From contig CAZACW010000008.1 in NCBI GenBank assembly GCA_964483785.1, forward strand, positions 1 to 60,972: a stretch of DNA of 60,972 bases, written 5' to 3'. The notes under the pieces were generated by a model. The model did not search any database. It was not told the DNA's origin and saw only the letters and a list, made by a program, of their open reading frames with translations. Made by a program: the position numbers and the translations under genes. Shown one piece after another: positions 54,057 to 60,972 of the stretch (positions within the stretch are counted from its first letter, which is position 1; every line of letters starts with the position of its first letter). The DNA is from an uncultured Planctomycetales bacterium (GTDB lineage: Bacteria; Omnitrophota; Gorgyraeia; Zapsychrales; Fredricksoniimonadaceae).

Positions 54057-54644
54057 TTGAGCCGTCTGCCTGCCTGTGTTAATATCCTCTGCGTGGTGAA
54101 GAATTTCCTACTATGCGCAGCGGTTTTTGGGGTCAGCGGATGTTCTTTTTCTCATCACATCGAAAAATCCGATCAAGGTCCCGCACGCCTGCAGACCACG
54201 GGTTCTGTGGTGAATGCCCAGGCCTTGGGCCAAGGGGGGACCCTGCTGATCAAATCTTTCCGGCCCGGCCCCGGCGCCGAGGCTGGCGATGAAACCGACC
54301 TTTTGTCCTGGATGATCGTCAAGGGCATCAAAGAAAACCTTGAATTGGAAGACCGGCGTTTTCAAGTGCAGGTGGAAAGCCAGCAGGACGCGGATTGCTA
54401 CCTGGACGGCTACATCGAGGATTTCGGCCGGGAGCATCATTTGACCCATCATCGCCTGCCTCCCCGTGAAGTGTATTTGAACGTGGACGGAGAAGTTTGG
54501 CTGCGCCAGACCGGGGAAAAGGTCCTGACCTTTCAATCATCGACCGTGATCGATTTAAATTCCCAAAAACCAAGAAACGTGGCCCTGCAGATGGGGGCGG
54601 CCATCGCCCATTTTATCGCCTCACAGCCGGGCGGAAAGAGATGA
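54057..54644 (+). CDS. Lipoprotein, unknown function
   Basis: It has the lipobox AVFGVSGC|S. The true start is probably one of the GTGs at 54093 or 54096 (VKNFLLCAAVFGVSGCS). Confidence 0.6.
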   Translation: MSRLPACVNILCVVKNFLLCAAVFGVSGCSFSHHIEKSDQGPARLQTTGSVVNAQALGQGGTLLIKSFRPGPGAEAGDETDLLSWMIVKGIKENLELEDRRFQVQVESQQDADCYLDGYIEDFGREHHLTHHRLPPREVYLNVDGEVWLRQTGEKVLTFQSSTVIDLNSQKPRNVALQMGAAIAHFIASQPGGKR

Positions 54645-54648
54645 TGCC

Positions 54649-55620
54649 GTGATTGTGGTGACCGGAGGGGCAGGATTTATCGGATCGTGTTTGGTGGCCC
54701 AGTTAAACAGCCGCGGCCGCCAGGACCTGATTGTGGTGGACCATTGGGACGCTGAAGATGATCCCAAAAAAAAGAACTTGGCCGGCAAGCGCTACCAGCG
54801 CTTTTACGATAAGCTGGAATATGTGAAATTGCTCAGGCGCAATCAATTCGATTTTGACGTCGAGTGCATCCTGCACATGGGCGCCTGCTCCTCCACCACC
54901 CTGCAGGACGCCGATTATTTTGAGAAGAATAATTTTGAATACAGCTGTGCCGTGGCCGGCTGGGCCCTGGAGCATGGGGCGCGCCTGATTTACGCGTCCT
55001 CCGCCGCCACCTACGGAGACGGCGCCTTGGGTTACAGCGACGATGATGCCCGATTGCGCCAATTGAAGCCGCTTAATCTGTACGGCGCCTCAAAGCAAAA
55101 ATTCGACCAATGGGTGCTGGACCACGGGTATCAAAACACGGTGGTGGGCCTGAAATTTTTCAATGTCTTCGGGCCCAACGAATACCATAAGGGAGAGATG
55201 CGCAGTGTCGTGGCCAAGGCCTATGACCGGGTGGTTGCGGAAGGCAAAATGTCCTTGTTCAAATCTTATGATCCCCGGTATAAGGACGGCGAGCAGAAAA
55301 GGGACTTTATCTATATCAAGGATGCGGTTGATGCGGTGATGTTTTTGATGGACCATCCCGGCATCCATGGGATTTATAATTTAGGCACCGGCCAGGCGCG
55401 CACCTGGAATGATTTGGCCATGGCTTTGTTCAAGGCCGTGGGTAAAAATCCCAGGATCGAGTATATCCCCATGCCGGATGTGTTAAAGGACAAATACCAG
55501 TATTTTACACAGGCAGAAATGGACAAATTGCGTCGAGCTGGGTATGCCAAACCTTTTACGTCATTGGAAGACGCGGTGAAAGATTATGCCGGATATTTAT
55601 CAGCCAAACGCTGCTGGTAA
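54649..55620 (+). CDS. hldD: ADP-L-glycero-D-manno-heptose 6-epimerase
   Basis: 323 aa with a GTG start. It has IVVTGGAGFIGS, SSAATYG and YGASK (Y-x3-K), and its length and C-terminus match HldD/RfaD. Confidence 0.85.
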   Translation: MIVVTGGAGFIGSCLVAQLNSRGRQDLIVVDHWDAEDDPKKKNLAGKRYQRFYDKLEYVKLLRRNQFDFDVECILHMGACSSTTLQDADYFEKNNFEYSCAVAGWALEHGARLIYASSAATYGDGALGYSDDDARLRQLKPLNLYGASKQKFDQWVLDHGYQNTVVGLKFFNVFGPNEYHKGEMRSVVAKAYDRVVAEGKMSLFKSYDPRYKDGEQKRDFIYIKDAVDAVMFLMDHPGIHGIYNLGTGQARTWNDLAMALFKAVGKNPRIEYIPMPDVLKDKYQYFTQAEMDKLRRAGYAKPFTSLEDAVKDYAGYLSAKRCW

Positions 55621-55635
55621 CGAAAGGAAGGCGCG

Positions 55636-56691
55636 ATGCTCCTTTTGATCATTTTGGGCGTGGTTGTGCTTTTGACCTTCGCGGTCATAGGCTCCCTGTT
55701 TTTCTTCTTGAGCCGGGAAAAGACGAAATTAGACGACGGGGCCGTGCCCTTGACAGACCTGAATCAAATCAAGAAGGAATTTTCTTCCGGGCTGCTTGAG
55801 CCCCAAACACCCAAAATGACCAAATTGGAAACGGATTTGGCGCCGCCGGTCTATGAGCCCAAGGTCTCCATTCCAACGGCAGCGCCGGCCCCTGCGCTTT
55901 CCGAAGATGATCGGTATAAACAGAGGGCCCAGGACCTTGAGGATGAACTGAAGACCATCACCCAGAAAGCCGAAGATCAGTCCCATCAGGCGCAAGGGAT
56001 GATCGAAGACCTGACCAAGGAAAACGAGTCGCTGAAAATCCAGCAGATCAAACTGGAGGAGGCCCAGCGCCATTTGAGCCAATTGCAGGACGAGGCCTCC
56101 CAATTAAAAACCGACAACGCGGGCCTGCAAAGCCAGCTGGATTTGGCCCATGCCCAGGTCAAGCTTCTGCAGGAGCAGATGGCCGCCTTTCAGTCCCAGA
56201 TGCAGGAGGAGATCAGCCGGGCCAATGCCGCGGTGACACAGATCAAGCAGGAGAAGGAGGCCTTGCTGGCCGCGCCCAAACCTGATCCCGATGGTGTCCT
56301 GCGCCTGGAAATCGAGGATTTAAAAGCCGCCAATCAAAAACTTTTGGCCATGGTCGATGCCTTGAAGGAAAAAAATGAGGCCCTGCAGTATGCCTTGATC
56401 AAGTCCAGGGCCCAGTCCAGCGGCCTGGAGCGGGTCAGTTTCAATTACAAAAACCAGCTGGAAGATTTTTTAAAGAAGGTCAATGCCCTGCAGCAGGACC
56501 AGGCGCAGTTATCTCAAGTCAATAACAGGATGGAAGGGCTGATCCAGCAGGTGCAAAATCAAAACGAAGATCTGGTCAAGAAAGACCAGCTGTCCCAGTT
56601 TGAACTGGAAAAAAACCGTTCGCGGCTGGCCTCGCTTGAGCGCGAATGCGAAGACTTGAAATCCCGGATCAAACAGCAAAACAATCCTTGA
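55636..56691 (+). CDS. Membrane-anchored coiled-coil protein
   Basis: It has an N-terminal TM segment (LLLIILGVVVLLTFAVIGSLFFF). About 270 aa of Q/E/L-rich heptad-like sequence follow. Confidence 0.6.
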   Translation: MLLLIILGVVVLLTFAVIGSLFFFLSREKTKLDDGAVPLTDLNQIKKEFSSGLLEPQTPKMTKLETDLAPPVYEPKVSIPTAAPAPALSEDDRYKQRAQDLEDELKTITQKAEDQSHQAQGMIEDLTKENESLKIQQIKLEEAQRHLSQLQDEASQLKTDNAGLQSQLDLAHAQVKLLQEQMAAFQSQMQEEISRANAAVTQIKQEKEALLAAPKPDPDGVLRLEIEDLKAANQKLLAMVDALKEKNEALQYALIKSRAQSSGLERVSFNYKNQLEDFLKKVNALQQDQAQLSQVNNRMEGLIQQVQNQNEDLVKKDQLSQFELEKNRSRLASLERECEDLKSRIKQQNNP

Positions 56692-56695
56692 GGTC

Positions 56696-57172
56696 ATGAT
56701 GCGTTTACTTCTGTTGTGCTCTGCCGTTGTTCTTTTATCCTCCTGCGCCGCCTGGGACAATACCGTCGAGGTGGGCAAGACCATTTGGGGATCATCCACC
56801 CGGGCCCTGGAGCAGGCGCGGGACAGGGCCATGACTAAGTCCTATGACAAATCTTATTGGGACTGCGTGCGCAGCGCCATGGCCGTGGTCAAGAAGACCA
56901 AATGGATGGTGTTTAAAAAAGACGAGATCAAGGGGTATCTCGTCGTGATGGGGATCAAGGGCCAGGTGAACACCACCGAGGTGGGGATTTTCTTCGATGA
57001 ATTGTCCGACACCCGGACCAAGGTCGAGGTTTCGTCTTTAAGCACCAACGCCAAACGCAAGGTGGCCAAGGCCCTGTTTCATGGGATGGACATTGCTTTC
57101 GGGTATCTGCCGCCGGACCCGCCCGAGCCCGAGGAACTGCCTAAAACCGGTCCGAATGCGCCCTTGTCATGA
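56696..57172 (+). CDS. Lipoprotein, unknown function
   Basis: It has the lipobox VLLSSC|A and is 158 aa long. Confidence 0.6.
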   Translation: MMRLLLLCSAVVLLSSCAAWDNTVEVGKTIWGSSTRALEQARDRAMTKSYDKSYWDCVRSAMAVVKKTKWMVFKKDEIKGYLVVMGIKGQVNTTEVGIFFDELSDTRTKVEVSSLSTNAKRKVAKALFHGMDIAFGYLPPDPPEPEELPKTGPNAPLS

Positions 57173-57678
57173 TTGAGCATGAATTTCTTTTTTTGGGCCT
57201 TTTGGCCAAAGGGCCCAAACACGGTTATGATATCAAGCTCCAGCTGCAGGAAGACCTGGGGCCGCGGATAGGCCTGCAGATCAAATCTATTTATTATCCT
57301 TTGCAGAAAATGGAAAGCTCCGGTCTCGTGGCCAAGGACATGGGCCGCCGTGAAGGCCGTTTTCCGGAAAAATACGTTTACCGCATCACACCCAAAGGCC
57401 GCAAGAGATTCGAGGAGCTTATCGAGGAGAAGCTCTTGTCGGTTGAGCGCCCGTTTTTTGAGATTGACCTGGCGTATTATTTCCTGCCCATGGTGGACAA
57501 GAGCAAGGCCAAGCGCCGGCTCAAGGCCCGGCTGGGTCTTTTGAAGAAGGTCGAGAAGGAATTAAGGCTCTGGCAGGCCTCTTCCAAGACCAAGATTATG
57601 GACCTGATTTTTCAGCATGATCTGGATTTGGTCGGGGCAGAAGTCCATTCTACCCAAAAAATCATCAATCAGCTTTAA
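57169..57678 (+). CDS. PadR-family transcriptional regulator
   Basis: It has the winged-HTH pattern LFLGLLAKGPKHGYDIK...IYYPLQKMESSGLV...YRITPKGRKRFEEL. Confidence 0.8.
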   Translation: MIEHEFLFLGLLAKGPKHGYDIKLQLQEDLGPRIGLQIKSIYYPLQKMESSGLVAKDMGRREGRFPEKYVYRITPKGRKRFEELIEEKLLSVERPFFEIDLAYYFLPMVDKSKAKRRLKARLGLLKKVEKELRLWQASSKTKIMDLIFQHDLDLVGAEVHSTQKIINQL

Positions 57679-57686
57679 CAACCGGA

Positions 57687-57713
57687 CCATCACAACCTCC
57701 GGGGTTGTGATGG
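57687..57713. repeat. REP-like 27-nt hairpin unit
   Basis: CCATCACAACCTCCGGGGTTGTGATGG has an 11-bp stem. It lies 9 nt after the padR stop. Confidence 0.85.
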
Positions 57714-57764
57714 TTCTCTCAGAATTCATAGCAGGAGCCTAACTGCTTGATTTATATATAGTTC

Positions 57765-57792
57765 TTGACATATCCGTTGTGTATATTAGAAT
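57765..57792 (+). promoter_or_regulatory. Possible sigma70 promoter for the acyl-CoA synthetase gene
   Basis: TTGACA (57765-57770), a 16-nt spacer, then TAGAAT (57787-57792). Confidence 0.4.
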
Positions 57793-57828
57793 TTCTTTAG
57801 TAAAATTTTAATAGTTTTCTGAGAATCC

Positions 57829-59316
57829 ATGAACGTTTATCAAATTTTAACTGATTCTGCCCAGCATTTTGGCCTCAAGCCTGCTGTTATCTTTAAAGAT
57901 AATAGTATTAGTTTTCAAGACTTGAAAGCCAAGGTCTTTGCCTTGGCCAGGGGCCTGCATAAGGCGGGTCTTGCCAGAGGCGGGAAAATCGCCTTATATC
58001 TGCCCAATTGTCCTGAATATGTATACAGCTATTTGTCATCCTTTCTTTTGGGCGCTGTGGTGGTTCCCCTGGATTATATGCTCAAAAATGATGAGCTGAT
58101 ATCCTGCCTCTTTCATGCCGAGGCGGATTACGCCATTGTCCTGGCTAAACCTGAAATGGATTGGAACATGGTCCAAAAAAGCGTGCCTTCCTTAAAGCAG
58201 GTGATTCATTTGGGGGAAGAGTTTGAGCGCTGCATGGAAGGGGACGGGCAGGGCGCGGTTCCTTTTAAGAACGCCCTTTATGAGGCTGATCCGGCCTTGA
58301 TCATGTACACCTCCGGTACCACAGGCCAGCCCAAGGGCATTTTGCTTAATTATAAACATCTTCAAGGCTCCCCCCAGGCCATGAAATATTTTGTGGATTT
58401 AAGCGCGCGCGACGTCAAATTATGCGCCATTCCTTTGTCTCATATCGGCGGGTTTATCTATATCCAAAACTGCATTATCTTCGGCATCACCTTGGTTTTG
58501 ATGGACCGTTTTCATCCCATGGAATTTTTAAAAAACGTAATGCAGCACAAGGTCACCTGCTTTCACATTGTTCCGCCGATGTACACGGCCTTGCTGACGC
58601 TTAAAAATTTGGACCAGTTTGATCTCTCCAGCCTGCGCTGGGTGGTGGTGTTCGGCGCCCCGAATTCCCCGGAGATTCTGGCGCGGTTTCATCAGTATTG
58701 TCCCAATGCCAAACTGCTCAACGGCTGGGGCATGACCGAGACCTGCCCGCCCAATACGGTGATACCGCTGGACAATCCCAAGATCGAAAGCGTGGGCAAG
58801 CCGGCGCCCCACTGCGCAATCAGGATCGTTGATGAGCAGGACAAGCCGGTGGCAGCGGGAAGCGTCGGGGAGATCACAATCCGCGGCTGGGTGGTGATGC
58901 AGGAATATTACAAGGACCCCGCAGCCACCCAAGACGCCAAGCGGGGAGGCTGGTTTCATACCGGCGATCTGGGACGCTTTGATGAGGAGGGTTTTTTATA
59001 TATCGTCGGCCGCATAAAGGAAATGATCAAGGTGGCGGGCCAAATTGTTTACGCGCCCGAGGTGGAAGCGGCCTTGTGCAAGCATGAGGCTGTTTTGGAA
59101 GCGGCGGTGATCGGCATTGCCGATGATATGCGGGGCGAGGCAGTCAAAGCGTTCGTCGTCTTGAAAGAGGGATTCAATATTGACCCTTTGGAGATCAAAT
59201 ATTTTGCCAAGGACCATCTGGCGAATTTCAAGGTGCCGCATACCGTGGACATCCGTCCGTCCTTGCCCAAGAATAGAACCGGAAAGATAGATAAGGAGAT
59301 GTTAAAACTAAAATAA
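57829..59316 (+). CDS. AMP-dependent synthetase/ligase (long-chain fatty-acid--CoA ligase-like)
   Basis: 495 aa. It has the AMP-binding motif YTSGTTGQPKGI, followed by GWGMTET, FHTGDLG and the C-terminal PKNRTGKI. Confidence 0.85.
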   Translation: MNVYQILTDSAQHFGLKPAVIFKDNSISFQDLKAKVFALARGLHKAGLARGGKIALYLPNCPEYVYSYLSSFLLGAVVVPLDYMLKNDELISCLFHAEADYAIVLAKPEMDWNMVQKSVPSLKQVIHLGEEFERCMEGDGQGAVPFKNALYEADPALIMYTSGTTGQPKGILLNYKHLQGSPQAMKYFVDLSARDVKLCAIPLSHIGGFIYIQNCIIFGITLVLMDRFHPMEFLKNVMQHKVTCFHIVPPMYTALLTLKNLDQFDLSSLRWVVVFGAPNSPEILARFHQYCPNAKLLNGWGMTETCPPNTVIPLDNPKIESVGKPAPHCAIRIVDEQDKPVAAGSVGEITIRGWVVMQEYYKDPAATQDAKRGGWFHTGDLGRFDEEGFLYIVGRIKEMIKVAGQIVYAPEVEAALCKHEAVLEAAVIGIADDMRGEAVKAFVVLKEGFNIDPLEIKYFAKDHLANFKVPHTVDIRPSLPKNRTGKIDKEMLKLK

Positions 59317-59319
59317 AAA

Positions 59320-59377
59320 CCACCACAACCTCCGGGGTTGCGATGGTTAACCATCGCAACCCCGGAGGTTGCGGAGG
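59320..59377. repeat. REP-like doublet (two units in inverted orientation)
   Basis: CCACCACAACCTCCGGGGTTGCGATGG (59320-59346) and CCATCGCAACCCCGGAGGTTGCGGAGG (59351-59377) are separated by a 4-nt spacer (TTAA). Confidence 0.85.
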
Positions 59378-59416
59378 TTTCAGCGGCCATCAGTTCAAAT
59401 AATTAAGGAGATGATT

Positions 59417-60196
59417 ATGACAACAGCGACACAAGACAGAATGACCAGGGACGTGCATTTAAGCGGCAAGGACCTGATGGCCATGGTGCAGCTGCGGCCC
59501 AAGGACATCGGCAAATACGCCCTTGTGCCAGGCCCCAAGGAACGCCTGGATTCCCTGGTCAAGAAAATGGAAAACCCGGTCAAAAATTTTTCCTTTATGG
59601 AATACAATATGTTCACCGGCAGCCTCAACGGCACGCGCGTGACGGCCATCAACGGCGGGCGCTTTGCGGCGGACACCGCCATCACCACAGAGATCTTATG
59701 CAGCGCCGAGGCCAAGGTCCTCATCCGCATCGGCAGCTGCGGGGCCATGCGCCGTGACATCAAGATCGGTGATTTTATCCTGACCACCGGCTGCGTGCGG
59801 GGGGACGGGGTTTCTCCCTATTATGTGGATGATCAATTTGTCACGGTCCCGGATGCCGGCCTGACCAAAAAATTAGGCGCCATCGCCCAAAATCTCGCCG
59901 GCACCGCCGGGTTGACCGTCCACGAGGGCAAGGTCTGGTCTACCGACGCCATTTTGCGGGAGACCAAGGAGGTGGTCAACAAGGTGATCGACCAGGGCGC
60001 CATCGGTGTGGACATGGTCAGCGCGCCGTTTTTGACCATTGCCCAGGTGTATAAGATCCCGGCCGTGTCCATCCTCGCGGTTTCGGATAATTTGATCACC
60101 GGCCAAATGGGCTTTATCAATCCGGATTATTACATGGCCGAGGGCATGCTGATCCAGATGGCGGTTGAGCTGGTGAAACAATTGGAAGGAAAATAA
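59417..60196 (+). CDS. Nucleoside phosphorylase (PNP/UDP family 1)
   Basis: The ATG at 59417 lies 6 nt after the SD AAGGAG. It has RIGSCGAM, VRGDG and VDMVSAP segments typical of uridine/purine nucleoside phosphorylases. Confidence 0.8.
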   Translation: MTTATQDRMTRDVHLSGKDLMAMVQLRPKDIGKYALVPGPKERLDSLVKKMENPVKNFSFMEYNMFTGSLNGTRVTAINGGRFAADTAITTEILCSAEAKVLIRIGSCGAMRRDIKIGDFILTTGCVRGDGVSPYYVDDQFVTVPDAGLTKKLGAIAQNLAGTAGLTVHEGKVWSTDAILRETKEVVNKVIDQGAIGVDMVSAPFLTIAQVYKIPAVSILAVSDNLITGQMGFINPDYYMAEGMLIQMAVELVKQLEGK

Positions 60197-60239
60197 ACAG
60201 CGTTGGCGATAATTTTTAGACGCTGATCACAGGTCACGT

Positions 60240-60972
60240 ATGCAAGAATTTCCATTATTTTGGCCGGCGCAGATGAAGGACGGGGTTTTATATGTTTTGG
60301 ATGAGACCCTGGTGCCGGCAAAACTTAAATACATTCCGGTCAAGGATGTACGCGGCGCAGTGGAGGTGATCCGCTCCATGAAAACCCGCGCCTTTGGGCA
60401 GTTTTTGGTGGTTCTGAATACTTTTTTATTGGAGTTGGATGTAAAGGAGAATTTGCTTAAAGATTTGCAGAATGTGGCCCAGCAGCTGAATAATTCCCGG
60501 CCCACTTTTCCCTTTGCCGAGGTCACGGGCCTGATCATAGCGGTGGCAGAGAAAGCAGCGGCCAATGAGGGGGATGTGAAGGTGGCTGTGGCCAAAACGG
60601 TCCAGGGCTTTTTAGCAGGCATCAGGGCCCGGCGGCTTGAGCGGGTGCAGACCTTGGCCGATGCCTTGCACGACGGGGATGCGGTGCTGACCCATTGTAA
60701 TGTCAGCGGCGAGCTGGCCATGGCCGCAAGCCTGGCCAAAGAAAAGGGCAAGCGCGTCAAATTTTTCGTCACGGAAACCAGGCCGTATATGCAGGGCGCC
60801 AAATTAACGGTTTGGGAATTACAGCAGGCAAAAGTGCCTGTGACCTTGGTGGCTGATAATGCCGTGGGTTCCTTGATGGCCGAAGGCTTAGTCAACAAGG
60901 CCGTGATCGGTTCTGACCGTTCCGCAGCCAACGGAGATATCGCCAATAAAATCGGCACGTATCAAAACGCGG
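60240..60972 (+). CDS. mtnA: S-methyl-5-thioribose-1-phosphate isomerase / eIF-2B-family protein, N-terminal 244 aa (runs off the window end; absent from the ORF track)
   Basis: My own translation gives MQEFPLFWPAQMKDGVLYVLDETLVPAKLKYIPVKDVRGAVEVIRSMKTRAFGQ...THCNVSGELAMAA...FVTETRPYMQGAKLTVWELQQAKVPVTLVADNAVGSLM...VIGSDRSAANGDIANKIGTY. It has no stop before position 60972. Confidence 0.8.
   Translation, partial: MQEFPLFWPAQMKDGVLYVLDETLVPAKLKYIPVKDVRGAVEVIRSMKTRAFGQFLVVLNTFLLELDVKENLLKDLQNVAQQLNNSRPTFPFAEVTGLIIAVAEKAAANEGDVKVAVAKTVQGFLAGIRARRLERVQTLADALHDGDAVLTHCNVSGELAMAASLAKEKGKRVKFFVTETRPYMQGAKLTVWELQQAKVPVTLVADNAVGSLMAEGLVNKAVIGSDRSAANGDIANKIGTYQNA

Noticed and set aside
1894-59377. The 27-nt hairpin repeats considered as a CRISPR array or as integron attC sites.
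   Set aside because: The copies are scattered over 57 kb rather than regularly spaced with short spacers. They are self-complementary and occur in both orientations. No cas or intI gene is present. They also lack the RYYYAAC/GTTRRRY attC core and are too short.
60227-60958. A 243-aa minus-strand ORF at the window end.
   Set aside because: The opposite strand encodes a clear MtnA/eIF-2B-family protein, so the minus ORF is its shadow.

Overview
This is a 61-kb chromosomal window from a diderm, LPS-making bacterium. Nearly all genes sit on the + strand in tightly packed operons, many with 4-bp ATGA start/stop overlaps. Most genes looked G+C-rich in spot hand counts of single 60-nt lines (55-67%).

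Gene order:
- topA (3' part) and a Xer-type recombinase.
- An eight-gene lipid A / LPS-core operon: waaA, lpxK, an LpxL-like/ELM1 fusion, a GT4/GT9 fusion, a GT4, and three GT9 genes.
- A divergent pair of very large genes. One is a minus-strand 1182-aa secreted repeat/beta-helix surface protein whose 5' leader carries a c-di-GMP-I (GEMM-I) riboswitch plus terminator, which the ORF track cannot show. The other is a plus-strand, AT-rich 1856-aa protein with a signal peptide, a TM segment, a J-domain with HPD, an orphan HATPase_c domain and a recurring D-x-A-M motif.
- higBA, then a tRNA-Thr/Tyr/Gly cluster with duplicated tRNA 3' ends and nested palindromic elements.
- Housekeeping genes: GT2, gpsA, a small basic ORF, rsfS, argS, recJ, rpmB, pepF, a TrmH-like gene, a YfhO-like gene, a TPR gene, TPM/LemA, gpmI, prmA, arfB, moaC.
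- A seven-gene operon: E1-alpha/E1-beta TPP enzyme, SDR, methyltransferase, ALS-like TPP enzyme, GT2, GT39.
- glgP, thyA, folA, a REC-EAL response regulator, hldD, padR, an acyl-CoA synthetase, a nucleoside phosphorylase, and a 5'-partial mtnA running off the window end.

A 27-nt hairpin repeat (CCATCACAACCTCCGGGGTTGTGATGG type) recurs at six intergenic sites, as single or inverted double units. No rRNA, CRISPR array, integrase or transposase was seen.

The lineage cannot be established from the sequence alone. The terminal modules of the giant protein remind me of uncultivated Omnitrophota-type genomes, but that is recollection, not evidence.
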